50,824 nt of DNA, filler included, from Dimargaris cristalligena (GCA_003614675.1; 2 parts of 2 records of this genome joined end to end with filler, not necessarily neighbours in it), one strand, 5' to 3'; positions 1-10,311 are shown, counted from the first letter of the whole stretch. Notes: generated by a model not told the origin, from the letters alone. Numbers and translations are program-made.

Positions 1-3000
1 TATGGCGCTATACGGCCTGATATGACGGTGGTCATATCGGTTGGATTAGGACGGATTAGGAGGGGCGACAATAATGATCATTGGCAAATAATTGTATCAC
101 TAAAGAATCTATCAAAAGAAAAGAATAATAGCAATGGAATACACATACATGACATTTGCCCCTGAATGAAATGGGCTCCCTATATATATATCAATTCACC
201 TTCAAGGGGGGGGGGGCAATGGAAAAGGACCCAGAAAGCAGATCGCAAAATGGGCGGAAAATACGGTATATAACATTGGCTGGAATTGATATAGGGGCTA
301 ATCGTGCCACCTATAGTAACAGAGAGTCGAAAATAGACAGGACTGTTCCACTGGATAGGCTTGTGGGAGGAGAAGGGCTATAAACTAATGGTGACACTGG
401 AACTACACCACCAGATATAATACACCCTATTGGCGTATCAAAGTAACCGACAGGCATACACTGTATCACAGTCGTCCAACTAAGAGCTCCCAATGTACGG
501 CCCTGACGTACGTGAATAGATCTGGCTTTCGACCCCCAGTTCCTCTCGTTTATTTTTTATTTTATAGCCAAAATAAGCCAGAAAAAATAACCCGCCACTA
601 TTGCTATGTGTGGTTGGCCAACTTGCCCTTGAAAGGGGAGTGGAATTAGCGAACAACCATGTTCTAAGGGACCAATACCTGTTTCCGCAAAAATGGACCA
701 ACGCCCTAACTCTAAATCGACTGAAAAATGCCTAGCCCCGCGAATCCAACTATCTACAGCTTTTTGCGACTGCGTAACGCTGTACCCGATGGCACTCAAT
801 GAATATGATATTTACGATTAGAGGGCCGGGAAAACATGGAGCAGGAAGGATGAGCGTTGGGGAAACACACTATCAATTTTCTTCCAAATACACACTGGGA
901 TCAGTATTTCCAATATTACAACTACAGTTTCCGTCTTTTCGGTCGGGAGGACATTAGGATCAAGTGCTGTGAGTCATGGCGACAGTTATGAAGAAATATA
1001 GTATATAATTAAACCAGCATACATATTCAGTCCCAGTACTAAGCCAGTAGTCAAACTATTCACTTTTAATTAAATGGAGGGTTTGCTTTTAGCAAATTCT
1101 TTCCTTGTCAGGTGAACCGTCCCAGTTTGACACTTAGTTAAAGGGACAGGTCTTCTTCGGGGTATTCTATAGATAATCTGGGTTTTATTTCAGTGCGAAC
1201 ACTTACGCTGCCGGCATTGGACATAGATGAATAAATGTTTCTTCCACAAGAGGCGAACTGCCCAGCGGATACTTTATACCGGCAATACTATACAGCATTG
1301 GTCCGTGCTGTGCCTGCTGGCCCCTCGATAGCGATCCCCGAACTATCATTGGTATTGACCATGAGAAGTATTCTTAAATTTTCGCTTAATTCAAGGTTTT
1401 ACTATCGTTACTTTTAGCCAATATAGTTTCAAGTTTAAACAGATTTATATAACCGACATACTACATTCCATTAAAATTTATTTCAAATAAGTAACTATCC
1501 CAGATTGTTGGTATGCCATGTAATATACGACAAAATATTCAAAGCCATATATACGAAAAGAATAACACAATATACTCAGCCCAACCCATTACACTATCTA
1601 ATACCTCCATTAGTTTTGGGACTCGACAGATCTTGAATTTTTCGCTTCTTGGCGCTCCGTCCACTAGCACGGACCAATGACATTCCGCCCTTGAGTACTG
1701 AGAACTCAGTTTTGATTGATTCATGGTGTGGGGTAGAGGTAATACCTGTGACGCACCACCAGTGACAAAGGGTCATTGAGCTAGCGTAGCTTACTGCGTG
1801 ATCGGTATCTGCAGGTTGCCTTTCAACTGCGATAAATAGGCTGGGCAAAAGGCCGCCAACCCACCACACAACATCCTTGCAATTTGATGGGCAGAAAGGG
1901 CTTTCGTGCCCCCCTGGTACAGGCCATGAGAACGGGAGACGCGTTTTTCATCATCATCCTTTGTCCATCATTTTGAATAAGCCCAGCATTTTATCATAAT
2001 ATTCAGTCTGGAAAATTTTACACCAATCTGACTACGCCAAGCTACTGTTAGCTACAACAAGGTCCATGGCCTCTCCCTTTCCGTTTCGATACAGTGTTTC
2101 ATGTGCAGTCTAGTAACCCCCTGGCTGATAATATATAAATTATTCATATTACCAACGGTGTTCTCTTTTAGCACATACGCAATTCAACTTCCGTTTTTAT
2201 GTAGGGCCTTTACCAACTAGTATTGTTCATTGTTCGAAGACACTCTAGCCAGCTTCAGGAATCCGAGTCAGACTATATTTGCTACTCTTGGAGAACACCG
2301 GTCGTGATGATTTTACATAAAGTGGCTATATGTGAAGTTGCTGGTTTCCTGCCATATGGCCCTTACAATAACCCCATGGTCCGGTATTTTCTGGGGGATG
2401 GCGCGCCTTGTGTAATTACCATAAAAGTAATGCTTCACAACGAAAGTAAACAATACAGCGGCACTCATCGGCTTCCAATTACAGACAGAGTTTCAACTCT
2501 ACTGTTAGTCAGTCATTGTTTATTAATTGGGTTGATTTTTTTTATAAAACTACGTACACCAACTAGGCTATGCCCCATGGGATGGGATGGGGTTTGTAAA
2601 TACGCAGTTACCGTTTTTACCTATAATGTGGGATGATAATAATGCGCTTCTCCATGCCTGGCCACACACCCCTCAAGCAAGGTGGCTGGCACTTATTTTC
2701 TTTCGGAATTCTACATTTGGATCGCTCAAAGTCGTAGTCTGGTCATGAGAATGCGCTATAGGGGTATTTGCCAGCACCCCGGACAGGTGAATTGGTCGGA
2801 TATTATGATAGGATGGCCACACAATTTTTGATCAGCCTTCCAGTACTCTTGTCCTTGACTAAATGTGAACGCACAACGAATGAAGAGTGTTGCCAGAGTA
2901 CACCCAGGCTAATTATGTGGATCATTAAGCTGTCGGCGTTAAACAAAATTTACTTTTAAGGAAGGTACTCCGACACTCTAATGGCCATTATGCATGGACA

Positions 3001-3426
3001 TGGCCGTCGATCTTTACGTTGGGTGTCAAATACGGCACCATACGATTATTTGCTCTGTTTTGCAGTGTACGCTAAACTTATATGCATTTCATTGACGATG
3101 GCGACTAGGTTGTTGATTTTGAATAATCTATGCGCCAAATTGCTATATAGGAACAGGAAAGGATGATATCGTGTCCTTCTCTATAATCACCCATCTAGGT
3201 CAATATCGGATGAAGCTGGGCTCACTGCTAACTAGTAAGTATAGTCACGGCCTACAGTAATATCCCAAGGACAATCCATCAGGGGGCGAAGGAACACACC
3301 CACTTACCCTTACTTAAAAATATAGTGAAAATGAACAAACATGGCCTCTTGGATGGAGGACCAATGGAATGAACTAGATCACTATAATTGGTACAAAAAA
3401 GGGGGGGTAGAGAGGATCATGTATAC

Positions 3427-3827
3427 TCATTCTTGTTCCCCGCAGTAAGGCGAGCGGATATAAGTTTCTTCCCCATGAACATACACTTTCGTATGGTAAT
3501 CTGTGCAGTTGAAAGAACAGAGATCGACTAGTAATATATTACCATGGGTTATGAACCATGCGGACATTATGCCCTTTGAGATATATTTTTTTGGTTTGGG
3601 GTACATGTGACCATGCCCACGCCCATGGCTATGGTGGGGAACCAAATTCACATATGACTTGCGAATTGGTATTCGATTTACTATTCCGTAAAACTCTGTT
3701 GGACATGGATACAGTGCCGCATCAGGAATACCATGACTGTATTCATTTTGATCCATTGCCTATTTATTAGGCACAGTAACATGCAGATTAAAGCGATAAT
3801 ACTGTATTTGTCTGTTTGAAAGTCCAT
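3427..3827 (-). pseudogene. Small secreted Cys-containing protein with a frameshift between signal peptide and mature domain (pseudogene or assembly indel)
   Basis: ATG at 3827 in caccATGG context opens MDFQTDKYSIIALICMLLCLIN.., a hydrophobic signal-like N-terminus whose frame stops at 3681. The 109-aa ORF 3756..3427 starts 71 nt downstream in another frame. One extra nt near 3760 would fuse them (..LCLINxAMDQNEY..). Confidence 0.45.
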
Positions 3828-3892
3828 GGTGAAACCGCTAACTATTGAGGACGAATGGAGGGACTATCCCCCATTTTTACACCATCAGTGAA

Positions 3893-3903
3893 TATATATA
3901 AAA
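3893..3903. promoter_or_regulatory. TATA element (TATATATAAAA) between two divergent small secreted protein genes
   Basis: Reads TATATATA on both strands; ~65 nt from the minus-strand ATG (3827) and ~220 nt from the plus-strand ATG (4123). Confidence 0.45.
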
Positions 3904-4122
3904 GGGCAAGTGTTCTCACCGGTATTTCCCAATATCACTCATCTTGCAACCACCCCAACAGTGAATCAGAACCTGCCACCACCCTTATTCAACCCCAGTC
4001 CCTAGTTTACTGAGCTCTATTTGGTTTGTGATTACTACCACAAGCCTACTTGTCCACCTCCCTTAACTTACATCTGACCACCAGTCTTTCCTAACCCTAA
4101 TCGTATTGCAAGTCCCTGCATC

Positions 4123-4488
4123 ATGTTGCTCAAGGTTCAGTCCCTCTCCCTCCTTCCTGCCCTCTTGGTCCTACTGACGCAATGCATGGGTGCACCCACC
4201 CTCGCTACCAATGACTTGAACACACGCCAGCTTTCGGGTGGACCCGACGAAAGCAGCGGCCAAATTATCATCGGACTGAAACACTCCTTGAGTACTCCAG
4301 CCGGCCAGCAAGACTACAACTGTCTTCTGGTGGGCTTCCATAATAATAACATTTACGGTAACTTCATTACGACCGTGCCCCCTATGTACGGTGTTGTGTA
4401 CGGCGGAATTGAGGGATGGTCGCATATCATCAGTACCTTTCAGTGCGTCAAGTTTGTGACTCCCAATCGTATTATTGGTTCCGCTTAA
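4123..4488 (+). CDS. Small secreted protein (121 aa), 2 mature Cys, possible beta/gamma-crystallin-like fold
   Basis: Clear signal peptide MLLKVQSLSLLPALLVLLTQCMG|AP, pro-region ending LNTR|Q, upstream TATA, pyrimidine-rich leader and AATAAA downstream (~4671). Confidence 0.7.
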   Translation: MLLKVQSLSLLPALLVLLTQCMGAPTLATNDLNTRQLSGGPDESSGQIIIGLKHSLSTPAGQQDYNCLLVGFHNNNIYGNFITTVPPMYGVVYGGIEGWSHIISTFQCVKFVTPNRIIGSA

Positions 4489-5243
4489 GGCAAACGAGGT
4501 TGGATAGTATAGTCGGACCGGCGATACATTCAGCAAACGCTTCAGGGCCATTCCCCATGATCCAACCTTAATAATTTTGCTCGCTAGATGCTCTACATTT
4601 TTTTATACAGATAACTTCCTATGTTGGTCATTTTTATTACGACCAATCGGTAAGCTGTCTATTTAAGTTCAATAAACCAATTTTCGTAAATTCAAATGAA
4701 GGTCGCCTTGAAACCAAGCGATTGTTTGTGGATTTACGGCCATGACGTTGCGGTAACAGCCGGACTGGTTATGAGAAGAGTATATTCACTATCATTCTTC
4801 GAAAAACAAATATAAGCTCTCTGCCACACACTGATTCTGAGTGAACTTATCGGCGCTACCTGGTTTTCCCAATAGAGTATACTTATATTTCTCAATGGAT
4901 CCGGCGGAGTACGGCGTAACCTATTAACCCGATAGTCCCTGACATTTTACCAAGAGGGATGGATTAGTTGCCGTGGATCTGGATGGATGAAATGCGACTC
5001 AATTATAAGATATCATATTATCATGAACCTTCCTGGTGACTATTTAAATCACTTATACTTGCAATTAAAATTATATCCAACTCTTTGCCTAATGGAGTTG
5101 AGCGCCATCCATATGGACCATTTCGAACCTTAACAGTAGCTCCTATCCTTATTAGGCCATTTGGCTAGGAAAATATTAATGGGTAAAAAACGGAATATCC
5201 TAAGTCTAGCTGGTTTATTGGGTTGGTCATCATCTACCTAACG

Positions 5244-6475
5244 TTGTTTTGATTTCTGATATAAAATTTGTGTCATGGTTGACTTGTAGAACATTAATTC
5301 ACCACCTGAAGGTGGCATAGTCTAGCCATATACCATATAACATAATATGTTTAATTGGCAAAGGTATGTTGTCTTGTTTACATACTGAGGGTTGCTGGTT
5401 TAGTTATTTTAGGCATTAGCTACTTAATATCTTCAAACAAATATCTCTAATGTCACCTGGGTTAACCACTCTTAGTCTATCAAGAGTCCCAAGGATAGGC
5501 TTCTAATGGTAGGTGGGGCTTAGACTCAGCCAAGCAGGCTACTAGCATTAGGATGGGGGTATAGTACTAACCAATAAAGGATAAGTACAGATAAATGCAG
5601 GGGATGTGCAGCAGACACACTTACTAGTCAGTATGAGGGAGTGAGTGTATATAGTTTATTGAGGTAAACTGGGGGATATAAAATAAGCTAAGGAATTGAA
5701 CCAGTCCCAGTGGGGGCTGGTTGTATTTATGTGGGGAACAACACCAAAGGAAGGTCCCCAGAGGAAGATACTACTAAGACTAAAGGTATGATAATAAGCT
5801 AACCAGATGGTAATGAGGACTTGGAAGACTCTATTGGGGACTGGAAGAGTCATTAGATCAACACAGGAGTGATTAGTGTGAACCACATAGTCTAGAAGGG
5901 GAATGGTTATATAATGTAGGATGATCCCATAGTACCAGGGGTAACTATAGGAAGATTAATATGGTGCTATAAGACCTAATAAGGACAGACAATTGTTAAA
6001 TCTGGATTAAGTCAGATTAGGAGGGCCAACATCCCTCATTATATCTAATACTAACCCATCTATTCTGAATTTGAATACTATCATATTTACTTTTCACTGT
6101 CTAGTTCCAATAGTACCCTTCCTTGCCAATCAAGTTTTTTGAATAGTATGTATAGATGGTGCTGTATTATCAGGGGATATAATTAGTTTTAAATAATACA
6201 CTTTACCATTTTCACCCATCATAAACTGTTACAAGCAATATATGGGAAAGTTTCAACCAGGCTGTATAACAATAAATCCATTGGATATGGCAAAAACCAC
6301 TGGTTAGTAATGGATCTCTCCTATATTTTCTCATGCATGCATTATCCAAAACCTTATACATCTACACTGAATTCCACCTATATTTTGACTAGGACCCAAT
6401 ATATTGGATGGTGGTAAATCTTGTAATAATTACAATGACCTGAACAGTTGAGTAAAATCCTGTCAAATACAATAA
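5244..6475. other. CpG-free AT-rich tract; probable decayed, formerly methylated repeat or pseudogene
   Basis: No CG dinucleotide between the CGs at 5242 and 6476 on manual scan, while the flanks have normal CG frequency. A residual hydrophobic open frame lies on the minus strand at ~5958-5656. Confidence 0.5.
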
Positions 6476-6882
6476 CGAATAGGCCTCACCACTAATACAA
6501 GGTGTAATATGTATTAAGTCAGACTTGGTCAGCTTAATTGGACACAGGTACATAATAATTACCTGAATAATATATAATTACTATAACTATTAACCAACTG
6601 GGACCACTGTATAGTAAAGGTGGAAATGAACCAAAAAAGTGCCTATTAATAGCCATTACACAGATCAAGTACACCAACTGGGTGCTATACTCAATACAAC
6701 AGCTGATACAATAAAAATAAAAATATTGGGAATATTGAAACGCTCTTAAATTACCATGTGAATTGTAAGGGGGAACTCTAAGTAACAATCGACTGTCAGT
6801 AAAATGATCATTTGCATGTAATGATTGAACCTACTTATTCTATTTATTTATAATAGTACAAAAACCCAACTTTCAAGCAACT

Positions 6883-6964
6883 GACAGCATGCCAGAGTGG
6901 TTAATGGGTATGACTAGAAATCATATGGGCTCCGCCCGCGCAGGTTCAAATCCTGCTGCTGTCG
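6883..6964 (+). tRNA. tRNA-Ser (anticodon AGA, read as IGA), 82 nt, intronless
   Basis: Acceptor stem GACAGCA/TGCTGTC plus discriminator G; anticodon arm TATGA-CT-AGA-AA-TCATA; long variable arm GGGC-TCC-GCCC; T-arm GCAGG-TTCAAAT-CCTGC; followed by T5 tracts. Confidence 0.97.
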
Positions 6965-6968
6965 ATTC

Positions 6969-6983
6969 TTTTTGATCGTTTTT
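6969..6983 (+). terminator. RNA polymerase III oligo-T terminator of tRNA-Ser
   Basis: T5 at 6969-6973 and T5 at 6979-6983, immediately 3' of the tRNA. Confidence 0.7.
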
Positions 6984-7001
6984 GCACTATGGCTAACTAA
7001 A

Positions 7002-7100
7002 ATGATGACAGTGGCACGATCGGTTTCAATGTCAGGCGGATTTCTTGTGATGCGGTCCATCGCCCAGCAAGACCACCTCAATTGGAGTCTGTTCTCCTGA
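7002..7100 (+). ncRNA. Candidate box C/D snoRNA or tRNA-adjacent structured RNA
   Basis: C box ATGATGA 7002-7008, D'-like CGGA 7037-7040, C'-like GTGATGC 7047-7053, D box CTGA 7097-7100. The D' guide is partially complementary to a conserved LSU rRNA segment recalled from yeast. Confidence 0.3.
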
Positions 7101-7283
7101 ATTTGCCCCCACCTAATTCCCTTTTGCCACAGTCGATTCTTCTTTTGCGCTATTTCAATTATCTGTGAATCCTTTGGTTACTAGTCCAGCGAGCTGACTT
7201 CTAGTCCGTTTATCCCAATTGTAGAACTCCTTAGTGTCACCCTTGCCGAAGTCCCCCAGTGTTATTTATCCCCAACCTTACTA

Positions 7284-8174
7284 ATGTTATTCACATTTGT
7301 CCATCAGCATGCCAACCTCCGTCGATTGGGCGGCTCCACCCCAGTTGCTGCTCTCTGGAAACTAAGTCGCCGGACATTAGCCACTCCGTCGGGCCGCCTT
7401 CCACCCTCCTACTACGACCACTTGCAAATCACGCCCCAGGCCTCCAAACAAGATATCAAAAAGGCCTTCTACAAGCTATCCATGAAGTACCACCCCGACC
7501 GGAACCACGGGGATAGTTCGGCGCACAGCCAGTTTATCCAAATCAATGAGGCGTACGATACGCTGGGCGGGGAATTGAAGCGCCGGGAATACGACCGGAA
7601 GTTACAGTTGGATCAACAGAATGTTTGGGGTAGGAAAGGGGGGGCATCATCCGGGTACGGGTTTGCGTCCTCGCCAAGGTACCACCGGTCCACCCCGCCG
7701 AAGGGGTCGAATGCCTCTTGGATGCGCAGCAGCGGTAATCCAAGACCGGGATCCGGGACAGGAACTAATACAGGCCCCGAACCAGCAGAGGGTGAGCCGT
7801 CAGACACTTATCAACACCACTGGACCGATGGGTATCGGCCCCACGCGGCTAGTTTTTATACCCGGTCGGCGCGGGCCTGGGATCGGGCCCATTCATCGAC
7901 ATCATCCACTTCCGCATTTCCAGGTGGCGGCAGTGGCGGAAGTCATTCGTCCCGTACCACCTCTAACTACCGGCCGTTTTCCGAAAGCAAGGATGTGCGC
8001 ATGACGGACTTTGATGTCAACATGGCCCGCGCCTCGGGTGTGTTCAAATCAGTCATCATTTGGTGTTTAGTGGTAGGTGCCGGGGTGTACGGTAGCGAAT
8101 TTTATGTTCATCATTTACGAACCGAACCGATTGGAAAACCATCGTCGACAACACCAAAGAGTCGGCCTCTGTGA
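7284..8174 (+). CDS. DnaJ (class C) J-domain protein, probably mitochondrial, with C-terminal transmembrane helix (JID1/DNAJC4/DNAJC30-like architecture)
   Basis: J-domain SYYDHLQI..IKKAFYKLSMKYHPDRN..FIQINEAYDTL..RREYD with HPD; Arg-rich, acid-free N-terminus; TM segment VFKSVIIWCLVVGAGVYG. Confidence 0.9.
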   Translation: MLFTFVHQHANLRRLGGSTPVAALWKLSRRTLATPSGRLPPSYYDHLQITPQASKQDIKKAFYKLSMKYHPDRNHGDSSAHSQFIQINEAYDTLGGELKRREYDRKLQLDQQNVWGRKGGASSGYGFASSPRYHRSTPPKGSNASWMRSSGNPRPGSGTGTNTGPEPAEGEPSDTYQHHWTDGYRPHAASFYTRSARAWDRAHSSTSSTSAFPGGGSGGSHSSRTTSNYRPFSESKDVRMTDFDVNMARASGVFKSVIIWCLVVGAGVYGSEFYVHHLRTEPIGKPSSTTPKSRPL

Positions 8175-8724
8175 TCCAGATGGATCAACGTAGTGAAAGG
8201 CAGGGGAAAAGGGCGAGTACTATAATATTTTACAATCGCCCCTTTACTATCTTGCTTTTGTTTTCCCCTGGGACGTCTCCCTTATCCTTGGCCTCAATTC
8301 CAATTTTTAACCATCCTCGGCCATTGGAAGGAATACGTAAGGCTTGCCCGTTTATTTTTTTATTGTAATTCTACTAGATGTTCCGCTGTATTTGGCGGAA
8401 ATTTCTATTAATAAAATTTTTCGCAGTTGCAAACTGTATAATTTGGTTGGTGTTGATGCTATGATATCCACACTTCCTTTTCCTAAAATCCGCATTTGGC
8501 TGGTGTTTTGATTACGGGTGTTTCAGAAGCACCTCCGCCCTCATTGTGTAAAAAGTACAATCCATCATAGAAGCAAAATCAATAATAAACAAGCCACCTA
8601 TTTCCGGCTTTTTTTGGTGAGGAGGGTTAGAAACCCCACCAAAAGCCCACCCTGTTGTGGTTCTGGGTGGTGGCGGCAGTTCGAATATTATTTTACCTTG
8701 GTTGTTTATCCGTCATTTACTGGA

Positions 8725-10053
8725 ATGCCCACCATGTTCGCACTCTTACTAGGCTATCTCTTGCCCACCTTCCTTTACTCCCTACCGCTAGTTTCCCTAC
8801 CGGCGGCCTTTGCACTCGGCAGTTACACTACCGCCGTATGCCTAGCCTTCGGCCACTTCATCGTTTCCGCGCTCAGCAGTTTCGGTCGTATATATTTGCG
8901 GACGTTTAAACTGCGGCGACTACAGGCCGCGGCCGACGCTTTCGAAATCCTGGGACACGCTGGCTTATTCTACGGCTACTGGGCCCAGTCCCCCTTGCTG
9001 GAGACCCTGAAGGTCCCGGCCCTGCTTTGGAGCTACGCCCTCTGGCTCGCTACCCCTTTGACCCTGGTCCTGGAGGGGTTTGCGTCTTTTGTGTTAATCT
9101 ACGCCCTCGGACGGACCGCCCGAACCTGGGCTACTACTTCCTACGCCGCCGGCTCGGCGGGACGCCACGCCCACCGGTCCGATGGGGCTACGCTGATTAG
9201 CCTGGCCCTGGTCGGACTAGTGGTTCCGACGGTCTATCTCTACTCCTTGTATGCTCCGGCAGCCGATGCGGCGTCGTCAGAGTCGTCGCGACTAACGGTG
9301 GGTACTTCCGCCCTGGTAGGGGCTAGTTTCACGGCCGCTGGACTGTTCGGCTTGGCGGCTCTGGGCCTGAATCGGGGCACTATAGTCGACCTCGCCGCCC
9401 TGTGGTCCTATACCGCCTTTGGTACGTATTTCGCTCTCCAATCGTCCGCTGCCGCTAATACTACCACCGCCGCTGCCTCGGCCGCGGGGATCGTAGGCAG
9501 CTCCGTCCGGAAATCTATCTGGCGGTCCATCAAGCGCCGGATCGTAACATTACCATCTGCCCTGGCCTCCAAATTCACCTCTAGTGTAGTCCTGCCCATG
9601 GCCTCCTTGGTGACCCCCTACGCCCCCGTCCTCTCGGTTCTAAATAAACTGTACTCGTTCCGGTTTGTGTTGGCCTTGCTGTATCGCATAGGGGCATTGG
9701 TCGGTGCTTCTTACTACCTTCGACAATTAAGCCGGGGCCAATCATGTATTGTACTGGACCGTACCGACGGAGACGATTATGACGATGATGATGATGATGA
9801 TGATGACGACGACGAATATGAAGCTAATCCATCGTTGTTCTGGATCACCAATCTATCGGAATTTACGCGTCCTCTATGGCTTATGGTCTACACCCATACC
9901 CTGCTCTATCATTTCAAATACTCCACATTTGACGATGCCTGGTGGCGCTGGTTAAGCACATTTATCTGTATATGTATGTACGGCCTGAATTTGGCCTTCG
10001 ACGAACCTGATCCGGAGGGCTGGGATTCCGCTTTTCATCTTCATCAGGAATAA
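8725..10053 (+). CDS. ICE2: ICE2-family ER multi-pass membrane protein (~442 aa; start 8725 or 8734)
   Basis: Many TM helices with ICE2-type motifs ATPLTLVLEGF, RGTIVD..LWSY, LLYRI, PLWLMVYTHTLLYHF, WWRWL. The ORF-track GTG start at 8518 is likely too long. Confidence 0.8.
   Translation: MPTMFALLLGYLLPTFLYSLPLVSLPAAFALGSYTTAVCLAFGHFIVSALSSFGRIYLRTFKLRRLQAAADAFEILGHAGLFYGYWAQSPLLETLKVPALLWSYALWLATPLTLVLEGFASFVLIYALGRTARTWATTSYAAGSAGRHAHRSDGATLISLALVGLVVPTVYLYSLYAPAADAASSESSRLTVGTSALVGASFTAAGLFGLAALGLNRGTIVDLAALWSYTAFGTYFALQSSAAANTTTAAASAAGIVGSSVRKSIWRSIKRRIVTLPSALASKFTSSVVLPMASLVTPYAPVLSVLNKLYSFRFVLALLYRIGALVGASYYLRQLSRGQSCIVLDRTDGDDYDDDDDDDDDDDEYEANPSLFWITNLSEFTRPLWLMVYTHTLLYHFKYSTFDDAWWRWLSTFICICMYGLNLAFDEPDPEGWDSAFHLHQE
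9772..9813 (+). repeat. (GAT/GAC)n trinucleotide repeat encoding poly-Asp in ICE2
   Basis: gacgattatgacgatgatgatgatgatgatgatgacgacgac encodes DDYDDDDDDDDDDD. Confidence 0.85.
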
Positions 10054-10311
10054 CCGTACGTGCTCTTCTACCCCTTAAATATGTACATAGGCGCTAGCCG
10101 TGCGCCTCATCCTACAATTCGGATTGTTTATTATTTACCAATCATTTTTCACCCTATAAATTCCGTGGTTACATCAATAGACAGGCTCTATATTTACCGG
10201 TTGACTTCGTGATAAATTTCATGAGTTGTAAATTAACATAGTCTATGTCCGAATGGGAGGTATGGAGTTACTTCCGTAATAGTGACTGCGGTAAACAGCT
10301 ATAACCCCGTG

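Noticed and set aside
17..61. GATATGAC/GTCATATC hairpin followed by a GGATTAGGA tandem, as a possible transposon or Helitron end
   Set aside because: Too short, at the window edge, with no CTRR terminus, matching end or TSD.
5271..6787. TGTCA...TAACA as LTR termini of the CpG-free tract
   Set aside because: No target-site duplication, no second LTR copy and no gag/pol motifs.
7007..7135. Possible tRNA-Sec (long acceptor-like stem, 3' G, internal TCA triplets)
   Set aside because: No proper anticodon stem around either TCA, no T-arm, and no selenoprotein-like in-frame TGA in the window.
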